Positions 8,882 through 17,649 of a DNA stretch of 36,548 nt are shown here, piece by piece. Source of the DNA: an uncultured Bacteroidales bacterium (lineage in GTDB: Bacteria > Bacteroidota > Bacteroidia > Bacteroidales > P3); the NCBI GenBank assembly GCA_947176325.1, contig CAMWQD010000001.1:1-36548 (forward strand), read 5' to 3'. Made by a program: the position numbers and the translations under genes. Numbering within the stretch: the stretch's first letter is position 1; the number at the start of each line of letters is the position of its first letter. The notes below the pieces were generated by a model. It did no database searches and had not been told where the DNA came from. It saw only the letters and a list, made by a program, of their open reading frames with translations.

Positions 8882-10414
8882 CTATCTCTTGGTAGCCAAC
8901 GAACCTCCGTTCGCCGCACCGATACGGGGCATCGCGCAACGGAAACCGATCCAGTCGGAGCTCTTGTCCTGATCCATGAAACGACGGGTGGCCGCCGAAG
9001 TATAGTAGGCGCGGTCTTTCCACGAACCGCCCTTCACCACACGCGACTTATCGGAAATCAAAGAACTTGTGCCATATTCATACAAAAGCGAAGTGGTGGA
9101 GGAAGACTGCGCCGAAGCACCGTCCTCTTCTTCATCGCCGTCGCCCTTGGCCAACCAGTCTTCCACAATGGCCGATTCATAATCACCGTCCAAGTAGTTG
9201 CGGTTGTCGGACTTATTGAAGTTCTCCCGCGAAGCCAATTCTTCGTCGGTGAACTGACGGTAGCGGATGCGGCCCAAGCTGTCTTTTTCGGCAATCATGC
9301 CGTCTTCGTCGCGTTCCACCGTTTGATAAACGTTACCACGATAGGCGTTCAAACCGTCGGCATCCTCGAAAGTAAGGGGACGATATACGTCCATACACCA
9401 TTCGGCCACGTTGCCCGCCATGTTATACAGACCGAAGTCGTTGGCGAAATAGGAATAAACGGGAGCCGTGTAGTCGGCACCGTCGTTCAACGCACCCGCC
9501 GTACCCATATAGTCACCGTCGCCACGCATAAAGTTGGCCATCATGGTTCCCCTATAAGGAGTTTGGGGAGCACGCACCTGCAGGGGCTTGCCGTTCCACG
9601 GATAAATGCGGCGCTCGGCCACACGTTCCTGATTGCTGTTGCCCAGCAGGGCCAAAGCGGCATATTCCCATTCGGCTTCGGTGGGAAGACGCAGTTTCTC
9701 TATCAAGATACCGTCTTTTCTCTGCACACCGCGACGGGTTTCGGTAGCGTTGGGATCCATATCCTGCAGACCCTTGTTCACGATACCGCTATACTGACCG
9801 GCCAGATAGGCATCGGTGTTGAAGTTGTTGTCGGCGGTCTGACCCATATCCATTTTGAGGATTCTGGCCTGAATCAAAATGTATTCGTTGATACGGTCGG
9901 TACGCCAATCGCAGTAGTCGCGGGCCTGTTCCCACGTAACGCCCACCACGGGATAGTTGTTGTAGCCCGGGTTTTCGAAATAGGCCTCGGTCATAGCGTC
10001 GCGGAAACCGCCCACGCTGTTCCATACCAAAGGATCGGGCTTGGCTTTTTCCACCACTTCGGGATAGTCCTGACCGTAAATACGATTGAGCCAATAGATA
10101 TACTCGGCGTAATCGGCATTCGAGGTCTCCACCTCGTCCATATAGAACGAACTTACGGTGGCGCGACGAGGCTCGTTGTTGTGCTCGTACTTGAGGTCTT
10201 CCTGGTTACGCCCCATAACGAAGTAACCGCCCTGAATGAACACAAAGCGGAGGGGTACCGGTTGCACGTAGTTTTCGGTGCGTTGATAGCCGCCCCACTT
10301 GGGGTCGTTGACGCCCCAACCCGTAGACTGCGACTGTCCGGTCTTGCTGTTGCAAGAAACAAGGGTAGCCAACATGCCGGCTACAAACAGAAATCTGAAA
10401 GCTTGCTTATACAT
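8882..10414 (-). CDS. gldJ: GldJ/GldK(PorK)-family T9SS/gliding lipoprotein (FGE-sulfatase/SUMF1 fold)
   Basis: The signal peptide and lipobox MYKQAFRFLFVAGMLATLVSCNS are followed by STGWGVNDPKWGGYQ and FVFIQGGYFVMG...EPRRATVSSFYMDEVETSNADY. The C-terminus VVKGGSWKDRAYY is characteristic of the FGE-sulfatase domain in GldJ/GldK. ATG 10414 is preferred over TTG 10438, because a TATCTTTG -7 box occupies 10436-10443. Confidence 0.75.
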   Translation of the reverse strand: MYKQAFRFLFVAGMLATLVSCNSKTGQSQSTGWGVNDPKWGGYQRTENYVQPVPLRFVFIQGGYFVMGRNQEDLKYEHNNEPRRATVSSFYMDEVETSNADYAEYIYWLNRIYGQDYPEVVEKAKPDPLVWNSVGGFRDAMTEAYFENPGYNNYPVVGVTWEQARDYCDWRTDRINEYILIQARILKMDMGQTADNNFNTDAYLAGQYSGIVNKGLQDMDPNATETRRGVQRKDGILIEKLRLPTEAEWEYAALALLGNSNQERVAERRIYPWNGKPLQVRAPQTPYRGTMMANFMRGDGDYMGTAGALNDGADYTAPVYSYFANDFGLYNMAGNVAEWCMDVYRPLTFEDADGLNAYRGNVYQTVERDEDGMIAEKDSLGRIRYRQFTDEELASRENFNKSDNRNYLDGDYESAIVEDWLAKGDGDEEEDGASAQSSSTTSLLYEYGTSSLISDKSRVVKGGSWKDRAYYTSAATRRFMDQDKSSDWIGFRCAMPRIGAANGGSLATKR

Positions 10415-10435
10415 CTTTCTACATTTTAAGCGGTG

Positions 10436-10443
10436 CAAAGATA
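10436..10443 (-). promoter_or_regulatory. Candidate -7 promoter element (TATCTTTG) for the gldJ-like gene
   Basis: Exact TAnnTTTG match on the minus strand, 21 nt upstream of ATG 10414. Confidence 0.4.
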
Positions 10444-10489
10444 AGTCTTTTTCAAGACACTTTCAAGAGGTGCGTATATAAAACGCGTT

Positions 10490-11512
10490 TTAGAACCTCG
10501 GACAAGGAATAGGCTCGATGCGACGGGCGCCCATGCTCTGACGCTTGCAGGGAATACGGAAGCCCAACGCAATTTCGTGGCTGCCCCCGCTGCGGGCGGT
10601 GAGTTTCGACACCGTGAGGTCGTAGCTGTAGGAAATGTGAATGCCCTTGAAATCGGCACCCAACATAAATATCACCGCATCGGGATTGCTGAAGCTCTGA
10701 CGGAACCACACCCCGAAAACAACCGGCCACATCTGCGCATAGAGCCCGTAGTTGAGTTCGGTGAACTTACCCTGTTGAATATAAACGATATTGGGCGAGA
10801 GGTAAGGCTCCTTCTCGTCGCGGATTTCGTTATAGGTGGGTTTGAAATAAATCTTGCCGCCCGCCTGTGCGCTATAACGGATGCTCAAGCGGCTCGGCCC
10901 CATGAATCCCACATCGGGACGGATGAGATGCACAGCCGAAACCCCTACATAAAAGTTCTCGCCGTAGAACGTAGCCCCCACGCCCACATCGCCGTAGTGA
11001 CGGCTCAGAGGAGTGTTCGGTATGTTTTCGGCGGTAGGACGGCCTTGCACCAAACCTAAATAGGGGTCGTATTGGTCGGGGAAGGTGAGCGATTCCCAAT
11101 TGACATAGCGGTTGGCGTAGGAACCCTGCACGGCCAAGGTAAGAAACAGTTTATTCGAAAGTTGCGCACGGAACGCATACATAAAGGCCGCCGAAATCTC
11201 GCGGAAGGTTCCGCCGCCTTGAAAATCGGCATTCACATAGGCGCCTATGCCGCCGTGCAACGCTCTGATATATTGGTCGTAGGAAACCGTCGCCAACGAA
11301 AATCCGCCGCCCACGTTGGGCCACTGGTTGCGGTAAGCCGCCGAGATACGCCCGCAGCCCGAGGTGCCGGCAAAGGCGGGATTGAGATAAAGAGGATTGG
11401 AGTAAAGTTGAGAAAGGTGCATATCCTGCGCATGGGCGAAAGCCGAACACGCCGCCAAGCACAAAACGGTGCAAACACGCTTGATTATCCGAAAGGAATG
11501 CATACCTGTCAT
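10490..11512 (-). CDS. PorP/SprF-family type IX secretion system outer-membrane protein
   Basis: 340 aa with a signal peptide ending AFAHAQ, followed by the family hallmark DMHLSQLYSNPLYLNPAFAG. The beta-barrel-like alternating pattern continues to a C-terminal ...CPRF. Confidence 0.8.
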   Translation of the reverse strand: MTGMHSFRIIKRVCTVLCLAACSAFAHAQDMHLSQLYSNPLYLNPAFAGTSGCGRISAAYRNQWPNVGGGFSLATVSYDQYIRALHGGIGAYVNADFQGGGTFREISAAFMYAFRAQLSNKLFLTLAVQGSYANRYVNWESLTFPDQYDPYLGLVQGRPTAENIPNTPLSRHYGDVGVGATFYGENFYVGVSAVHLIRPDVGFMGPSRLSIRYSAQAGGKIYFKPTYNEIRDEKEPYLSPNIVYIQQGKFTELNYGLYAQMWPVVFGVWFRQSFSNPDAVIFMLGADFKGIHISYSYDLTVSKLTARSGGSHEIALGFRIPCKRQSMGARRIEPIPCPRF

Positions 11513-11548
11513 CTTTCTTTATCCGGCCGATTATTCAGCCAAAGGTGG

Positions 11549-11556
11549 CAAAGATA
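11549..11556 (-). promoter_or_regulatory. Candidate -7 promoter element (TATCTTTG) for porP/sprF
   Basis: Exact TAnnTTTG match on the minus strand, 36 nt upstream of ATG 11512. Confidence 0.35.
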
Positions 11557-11577
11557 ATATTTTTTCGTATCTTCGCG

Positions 11578-11585
11578 TACTTTTG
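11578..11585 (+). promoter_or_regulatory. Candidate -7 promoter element (TACTTTTG) for porV-ispF
   Basis: Exact TAnnTTTG match on the plus strand, 86 nt upstream of the porV ATG at 11672. It lies back-to-back with the porP box. Confidence 0.35.
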
Positions 11586-11671
11586 CTCACCAAAAGATTT
11601 TGCCGATGAATGAAAGAAACGGTACTTTTTAACCTTAGGTTGTGCAAACACACCTTTAAAACTATTTTGGA

Positions 11672-12892
11672 ATGCAAAGAAGAAAACTTGTAGCCCTGCC
11701 GGTTCTTTTGTTGTTGGCCGTGCCTGCCCTCCGTGCGCAGATTATAGACCCTCTCGGAAGTGAGGTCGGCAAGAAATTAGGGAACACGCCCAACGCCATT
11801 TCCACAGCCGTACCCTTCCTTTCGTTGGCTCCCGACGCCCGCTCGGGCGGTATGGGAGATATAGGTGTGGCCACCACGCCCGACCTCAACTCCCAGCACT
11901 ACAACGCTGCCAAATATGTCTTTATGGAGAGAGACTACGGCGCCTCCCTCACCTACAGCCCGTGGTTGCTCAATCTGGTGCCCGATATGTCGTTGGTTTA
12001 CCTCTCGGGCATGTATAAGTTCGACGACCGCAACGCCCTCGCCGCCTCCTTGCTCTATTTCTCCATGGGCGACGTAACCTTCACCGACGAACAGGGCGGC
12101 AGCGCGCAGACTTTCCGTCCCAACGAATTTGCCATTGACGTGAGCTATTCGCGCAAAATCATCGATGTGCTCTCGATTGCGGTGACGGGGCGTTTCATCT
12201 ACTCCAACCTCACCTTGGGGCAATACGTGCAGGGGCAAGACACCAAAGCGGGGCTTGCCGGTGCGGCCGACATAGGCTTGTACTACAAACAGGATTTCGA
12301 GGTAAAGAACTTCAAGGGCGGTACTTTGATGGCCGGTCTGAGCATCACCAATATAGGTAATAAGGTTAGCTACAGCTACGGTTCGGAAGACTTAGACCGC
12401 AACTTCCTGCCCGCCGCCCTGCGCTTGGGCGTGGGCTTCGACTGGCATATCAACGACTACAATTCGGTGGGTTTCTACGGCGAAGCCTACAAGCTTTTGG
12501 TTCCCACACCTCCCATTGTGGGCGGAACAAGCGGAGACTCGATTATCGCCGGCCGCACCAACCGCGTAAACGTAATGCAGGGTATCTTCCAATCGTTCGG
12601 CGACGCTCCGGGCGGCTTCAAGGAAGAAATGCAGGAAATTATGTGGAGTCTCGGCGCGGAATATTGGTGGCGTGACATTGTGGCCGTGAGAATGGGCTAT
12701 TTCCACGAAAGCAAATACAAGGGAGACCGTCAATACCTTTCCTTGGGTGTGGGTCTGCAATATAAAATGGTGGGGCTCGACTTCGCCTATCTCATTCCCA
12801 CCTCGCAGACGGCGGGTTCCAACCCTCTCAAAAACACACTTCGCGTAGGTGTCAAATTCTCCTTCGACAAGAAGAAAAAGTCGGGAGAATAA
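11672..12892 (+). CDS. porV: Type IX secretion system outer-membrane shuttle protein PorV (LptO)
   Basis: 406 aa. A signal peptide is followed by the PorV-typical N-terminus AISTAVPFLSLAPDARSGGMGDIGVATTPDLNSQHYNAAKY. The FadL-like beta-barrel repeats end in ...LRVGVKFSF. Confidence 0.8.
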   Translation: MQRRKLVALPVLLLLAVPALRAQIIDPLGSEVGKKLGNTPNAISTAVPFLSLAPDARSGGMGDIGVATTPDLNSQHYNAAKYVFMERDYGASLTYSPWLLNLVPDMSLVYLSGMYKFDDRNALAASLLYFSMGDVTFTDEQGGSAQTFRPNEFAIDVSYSRKIIDVLSIAVTGRFIYSNLTLGQYVQGQDTKAGLAGAADIGLYYKQDFEVKNFKGGTLMAGLSITNIGNKVSYSYGSEDLDRNFLPAALRLGVGFDWHINDYNSVGFYGEAYKLLVPTPPIVGGTSGDSIIAGRTNRVNVMQGIFQSFGDAPGGFKEEMQEIMWSLGAEYWWRDIVAVRMGYFHESKYKGDRQYLSLGVGLQYKMVGLDFAYLIPTSQTAGSNPLKNTLRVGVKFSFDKKKKSGE

Positions 12893-13371
12893 TGAATTTC
12901 CGCATAGGTTACGGCTATGATGCGCACCGTTTTGCTCCGAACCGGAAACTGGTTTTGGGCGGGGTGGAGATTGCGCATACCCAAGGTTTGGCGGGGCATT
13001 CGGATGCCGACGTGTTGATTCATGCCCTTTGCGACGCCTTGTTGGGCGCCGCCGCCTTGGGCGACATAGGCAAGCATTTTCCCGATACCGATTCTACATA
13101 TAAAGATATAGACAGCACGGTGCTTTTGGGCAGGGTGAAGGATTTGTTGCATCAAAAGGGCTATGCCATAGGCAACGTGGATTCGTGCCTCCGCTTGCAG
13201 AAGCCCAAGATTGCCCCCTATATCCCGGCCATGCAGAAGCGTCTGGCCGAAGTCTTGCAGATAGACCCCGACCGTGTTTCGGTAAAGGCCACCACCACCG
13301 AAAAAATGGGCTTCGAAGGACGGGAAGAAGGCGTTTCCGCCACCGCCGTAGCGTTGATTTACGCGGTATAG
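12892..13371 (+). CDS. ispF: 2-C-methyl-D-erythritol 2,4-cyclodiphosphate synthase
   Basis: 159 aa containing IGYGYDAHRF, GHSDADVLIHALCDALLGA and GDIGKHFPDTD motifs. The ATG overlaps the porV stop codon (TAATG). Confidence 0.95.
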   Translation: MNFRIGYGYDAHRFAPNRKLVLGGVEIAHTQGLAGHSDADVLIHALCDALLGAAALGDIGKHFPDTDSTYKDIDSTVLLGRVKDLLHQKGYAIGNVDSCLRLQKPKIAPYIPAMQKRLAEVLQIDPDRVSVKATTTEKMGFEGREEGVSATAVALIYAV

Positions 13372-13389
13372 TCGTACCGACGCGATAGC

Positions 13390-13427
13390 AAAAAGGGGGC
13401 TGCCGAATGGCAGCCCCCTTTTGTTTT
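13390..13427. terminator. Bidirectional rho-independent terminator between convergent ispF and ftsZ
   Basis: A perfect 10-bp GC-rich stem, GGGGCTGCC-GAAT-GGCAGCCCC(C), spans 13395-13418. It is flanked by AAAAA on the left and TTTTGTTTT on the right, so each strand reads hairpin plus T-tract. Confidence 0.85.
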
Positions 13428-13442
13428 GAGGTCAAAAAACGT

Positions 13443-15278
13443 TTAGTCGGCCTTGTCCGTCAGAAAGGGCGGGTTGGACGAAAACAGGCTTCCGTCTCTG
13501 CCGATGCTGGTGGTGCTCACCTCCGATACATCCGAAGGCACCACCGGCGTCAAATCCAAGTTCTGCCGTTGGTAGGCCGGTATGGATTCTATTTCGCGCA
13601 GACCTTGTTGAGTCTTGATTTTCTGCGACATCTGACGCAAGTGCATCATCCTTTCGGCCGTGGCCGCATAGCGTTCCCGAATGGCATTGGTGGGCTGCAC
13701 CTGTTCGGAGGCTTCCATAACCGTTGTCACAGTTTCCTGATGCATCGTTTCGGAGCCCATTTCCTGTTGCGCCTCCGTGTGGATTTCCATCGTGAAGCCT
13801 TCTTCCACCTCCACGGTTTCGGACTGCTCCTGTTCGCTCATCGTTACCTCGGCGGTTTCTTCCACGGCGGCAACTTCTTGCTCGGTGGCAATGGACTCTA
13901 CGTTGGCAAAGATATCAATGTCGTTCATCCACAGTTCGGATTCGGCTTTCACTTCCTCGATAAGAGGGTCTTCCGCCACCGTGGGTTCCGATACTGTCAT
14001 AGCCGGCGCTTCGGCGGGAGCCGCCTTGAGTTCGCTTACCTGCGCGGAGGGAGCTTCCACCTGTGCGGAGGAAACTTCTCCGTCGAAACTCAATATGCCC
14101 ACCACTTCTTTCTTTTCGGGTTCCTTCGCTTCCGTCTGCGGGATTTCAGCCACGGGCGCAGGCGCGGGCGTGGATGCGGACATAATGGGTGCAGGTGCCG
14201 GAGCAACGGCGGGGGCGGTGTAGGTCTTTTCGTTGAGATTGATAATGGTCTTTTCGCGGATACCCATCACCTTCTTTTCTTCAAAGCCCGTTGCAATCAG
14301 GGTGATGTTAAGGTTTTCGCCCGCCGACGCATCCTCGCCCGCGCCCCAAATCATATCGGCTTCGGTCTCGGTGCGCTGCGCAATCGACTTGGTAACCACA
14401 TCTATTTCGTCCATATTCAGCTGCGCATCGGGGCCGTAGCTAAAATAGAGCAACACGTTCTTGGAGCCCTTGATGCTGTTGTCGTTGAGCAGAGGCGAAT
14501 TCATGGCCGCTTCGATGGCTTCCTTGGCGCGGTTCTCGCCCGAAGCCGAGCCGTAGCCCATAATGGCGGCGCCGCTGTTGTGCATCACCGTGTTCACATC
14601 CTTAAAGTCTATCTGCACGTAGGAAGTAACCGTGATGATTTCGGAAATGCCTTTGGCCGCGGTGGTCAGAATGTCGTCGGCCTTGGCGAAGGCTTCCTTC
14701 AGGCTCATCTTGCCGAACTGACGCAGTTGGTCGTTGTTGATGATAAGAATGGAATCGACAATCTTGCGCAATTCGGAAACACCCGCCCGCGCTTGTTCCA
14801 CACGCTTGCGGCCTTCGAAGCTGAAGGGCATGGTGACGATAGCCACCGTGAGGATTTTGGTAACCTCATCGCCCACCAATTCTATTTCCTTGGCAATCGA
14901 AGCCACTACGGGCGTGGCTCCCGTGCCGGTGCCGCCGCCCATTCCCGCAGTGAGGAAGAGCATTTTGGTTCCCGTAAGAGCCTCCTTTATTTCGTCGTGT
15001 TTCTCCACCGCCGCATCGCGCGCCACTTGCGGCACGTTGCCGGCTCCCAAACCTTTTCCCAACTGAATTTTATTGGGAACGGGGCTGGCTTCCAAGGCTT
15101 GCGCATCGGTGTTGCAGATAATGAAATCCACATCCTTGATGCCTTGCTGGAACATGTGGTTCACCGCATTGCTGCCACCGCCGCCAACTCCCATCACTTT
15201 GATATAGGAGGATTGGTTCTTGGGAAGCACAAAATTCAAAAACTCCCCTTCGTGGTTCTGATTCATCAATTCTTCCAT
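13443..15278 (-). CDS. ftsZ: Cell division GTPase FtsZ with a long acidic C-terminal tail
   Basis: Tubulin signature motifs GVGGGGSNAV and GMGGGTGTGATP are present. An IPAYQRQ peptide and a terminal NPPFLTDKAD lie near the C-terminus. The ORF-track start at 15299 is a TTG just 6 nt from a -7 box, so the first ATG at 15278 (MEELMNQ) is used; ATG 15266 is also possible. Confidence 0.9.
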   Translation of the reverse strand: MEELMNQNHEGEFLNFVLPKNQSSYIKVMGVGGGGSNAVNHMFQQGIKDVDFIICNTDAQALEASPVPNKIQLGKGLGAGNVPQVARDAAVEKHDEIKEALTGTKMLFLTAGMGGGTGTGATPVVASIAKEIELVGDEVTKILTVAIVTMPFSFEGRKRVEQARAGVSELRKIVDSILIINNDQLRQFGKMSLKEAFAKADDILTTAAKGISEIITVTSYVQIDFKDVNTVMHNSGAAIMGYGSASGENRAKEAIEAAMNSPLLNDNSIKGSKNVLLYFSYGPDAQLNMDEIDVVTKSIAQRTETEADMIWGAGEDASAGENLNITLIATGFEEKKVMGIREKTIINLNEKTYTAPAVAPAPAPIMSASTPAPAPVAEIPQTEAKEPEKKEVVGILSFDGEVSSAQVEAPSAQVSELKAAPAEAPAMTVSEPTVAEDPLIEEVKAESELWMNDIDIFANVESIATEQEVAAVEETAEVTMSEQEQSETVEVEEGFTMEIHTEAQQEMGSETMHQETVTTVMEASEQVQPTNAIRERYAATAERMMHLRQMSQKIKTQQGLREIESIPAYQRQNLDLTPVVPSDVSEVSTTSIGRDGSLFSSNPPFLTDKAD

Positions 15279-15304
15279 GTCAAACAATATTTCTAGCAAT
15301 CTCC

Positions 15305-15312
15305 AAAATTAA
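15305..15312 (-). promoter_or_regulatory. Candidate internal -7 promoter element (TAATTTTG) for ftsZ
   Basis: Exact TAnnTTTG match on the minus strand in the 82-bp ftsA-ftsZ spacer, 26 nt upstream of ATG 15278. The extended sequence TTAATTTTGG is identical to the box upstream of mraZ. Confidence 0.4.
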
Positions 15313-15381
15313 GGAACGGCCACCGTTCACCATCGGGCCGCAGCACCTATTTATAAACGGTGGTCTGTTCATTTCGCGAAG

Positions 15382-16800
15382 TTATTGCACATCATCGTCA
15401 AAGACCTTCACGATATAGTCTCCCAACTGGCCCATTCCGAAGAAACTGCCGTCACGTCCTCTCCACCAAGGCTTCTTGGGGTTCGGGTTCGATTTCGGCG
15501 CGGCGGGAACATTCTCCTCCGTAGCCGCATCGCTGTTTTCCTCGACAGGGGGAGGGGTGGTCACAAGAACATCATCGGGTGTTTCCTTTCCCCCCTGCGT
15601 ATCCAAGGGCACGTGTATAAGGTTGTTCTCCTCTTCACTGCGCACGCCGTAAATCACCAAACCTACCGCCGTGGCGAAGATAGGGTCGTTCAGGTCTTTG
15701 GGCGAATCGGGCGAAAGGTGTTTGTTGGGGCAGGCCAAGCGGGTGTCGAGCTGCGTGATGTATTCGCAAACGGTGTCTATATGCTTCATCTTGGAACCGC
15801 CGCCGGTGAGCACCACGCCGCCGATGAACTGGTCGGTATCGAGGTTGCAGTTGCCCACTTCGTAGCTTACCTGTCCGAAGATTTCGTCCACACGCCCCTT
15901 GATGATGGTGGCCAACTGCTTGAGCGAAATTTCGCGCACACTCTTGCCGTTTATGGCGGGAATGGTGACGATTTTTTCCTCGCTTTCCTCGCTGGGAAGC
16001 GCCGAACCGAAACGTGTCTTGAGCGCTTCGGCCTGTCTTTGCATAATGGTGCAGGCGCGTTGTATGTCGGAGGTGATGAGATTGCCCGCCAAGGGAATCA
16101 CCGCCGTATGCCGCAGTACGCCGTTGCCGAAGATAGCCACGTCGGTGGTGCCGCCGCCTATATCCACCAATACCACGCCCGCGTCTTTGTCGGTGCTGTC
16201 CAAAACCGCTTCGGCCGACACCAAGGGTTCGAGAATGAAGCCTTTGATTTCGAGCCCCGCCGTTTCCACGCTTTTCTGAATGTTGCGCATGGCCAGGGAG
16301 TCGGCGGTAATGATATTGTAGTTCACTTCCACATTCGCCCCCGTCATGCCTTCGAATTCATCTTCGCGAAATCCCGAAACGCCGTCTACGGTGAAGGTTT
16401 GCGGAACCACGTGAATGATTTTCTTGCCGGGATCCACCCTGCCCTTGCTCGCTTCCTGCTTCAACTTCTCGATTTCGGCACGGGTCACCACTTCTTCGCT
16501 GTTGGAACGTATGAAACTGTTGGACTGAATGAAACTTTCGATGTGCTGTCCGGCAATGCCCACATACACTTCGCAAATGTCCACATTCGCGTTGTCCGAG
16601 GCCTGTTCCACGGCACGTTTCACCGCTTCGGCAGTCTTGGTGATGTTCATCACCGCCCCGCGCACCACGCCCGTAGACTCGGTTTTTCCGTAGCCCAAAA
16701 TCTTGATTTTTCCCGTGGCCTGGTCGCGGCAACCCACAACGGCCACGATTTTGGTAGTACCTATGTCAAGGCCTACCACAACATCGGTTTCTTCTTCCAT
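15382..16800 (-). CDS. ftsA: Cell division protein FtsA (actin-like ATPase)
   Basis: 472 aa with phosphate-1 motif VGLDIGTTKIVAVVG and DIGGGTTDVAIF. It occupies the expected dcw position between ftsQ and ftsZ. The C-terminal tail is Pro/Lys-rich and ends in an amphipathic segment. Confidence 0.9.
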   Translation of the reverse strand: MEEETDVVVGLDIGTTKIVAVVGCRDQATGKIKILGYGKTESTGVVRGAVMNITKTAEAVKRAVEQASDNANVDICEVYVGIAGQHIESFIQSNSFIRSNSEEVVTRAEIEKLKQEASKGRVDPGKKIIHVVPQTFTVDGVSGFREDEFEGMTGANVEVNYNIITADSLAMRNIQKSVETAGLEIKGFILEPLVSAEAVLDSTDKDAGVVLVDIGGGTTDVAIFGNGVLRHTAVIPLAGNLITSDIQRACTIMQRQAEALKTRFGSALPSEESEEKIVTIPAINGKSVREISLKQLATIIKGRVDEIFGQVSYEVGNCNLDTDQFIGGVVLTGGGSKMKHIDTVCEYITQLDTRLACPNKHLSPDSPKDLNDPIFATAVGLVIYGVRSEEENNLIHVPLDTQGGKETPDDVLVTTPPPVEENSDAATEENVPAAPKSNPNPKKPWWRGRDGSFFGMGQLGDYIVKVFDDDVQ

Positions 16801-16830
16801 ATTCTTTCTTTTTTAATTATATCTTTCTTC

Positions 16831-17643
16831 TCAGTTATATCCGGCGCGGCGCGTGGCCACCAGCTGGTTCCTGTATCGCAAATCCAAAACGGAATAGCGT
16901 TGCCAGTCCTGCCCTTTCATGGCGTGTTCGTAAAAGAGCCGCAGGCGGAACATCTTTTGCGCAAGATCGTTTATGTCTTCAATCTTTCCCAACTCCACAA
17001 TCTGCCCGCCCACTTTGGGAACAAGGTCTATTTCCTGATTTCTGTTCACGTATATCTGCTCGAAAAGGGCGTCCCAAAGAGGGTCTTCGGAAAGATAGGC
17101 GTGAATGTCGAACAGTTTTTTGAGCAAGGCACGGCCCGAGGTGTCGGAAAGTTGCGTCACATCGGAGCCGTAGCGGGGCGAAAGGGGAATATGGCCGCTG
17201 GCCACCCGCAGACGTGCCTTGTAGTCGGGGTTGACGGGCATTTCCACGCCGTTTTCGTCTAATTGGAAAGTCTGTTGGCGCGTGTTGATGATTTTGAGCA
17301 CCGGATTGCGCTGCTCCACGGCAATATGCAGAACCTCGTCGGGCGTGGTGTAGACCTGCGCGTCGCGCACATAGGGATTCTGCCGCAACACCGTTTCTAT
17401 ATGGGAGGCGTTTATCTGCATCAAGGGTGTGTTTTGCGGCGTGATGCCGTGCAAGCTCATCCAATTCTTGATGTCGCGTTCCTGCATATAGACGATATTG
17501 CCTCCGCGGTCGATGTCGATGCGCACCGTCGTGCAGGCTTTTTGCGAAAGCGCGTGTTCGGCATGGCGCACAGCAAGCACGAAGGCGGCCACCGAAACGG
17601 CCACCACCAGAAACAAGGCAAGTATCACCAAAACACGTTTCAT
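16831..17643 (-). CDS. ftsQ: Cell division protein FtsQ/DivIB (POTRA domain)
   Basis: 270 aa with a single N-terminal TM (VLVILALFLVVAVSVAAFVLAV), followed by a POTRA-like segment and an FtsQ-type beta domain. Position between murC and ftsA supports the call. Confidence 0.75.
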   Translation of the reverse strand: MKRVLVILALFLVVAVSVAAFVLAVRHAEHALSQKACTTVRIDIDRGGNIVYMQERDIKNWMSLHGITPQNTPLMQINASHIETVLRQNPYVRDAQVYTTPDEVLHIAVEQRNPVLKIINTRQQTFQLDENGVEMPVNPDYKARLRVASGHIPLSPRYGSDVTQLSDTSGRALLKKLFDIHAYLSEDPLWDALFEQIYVNRNQEIDLVPKVGGQIVELGKIEDINDLAQKMFRLRLFYEHAMKGQDWQRYSVLDLRYRNQLVATRRAGYN

Positions 17644-17649
17644 CGTTCC

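Noticed and set aside
10465-10489. An AAACGCGTTT palindrome just after the porP/sprF stop, considered as a possible terminator.
   Set aside because: The stem would leave no loop and no usable T-tract geometry. It is more likely chance or a protein site, and cannot be supported as a terminator.
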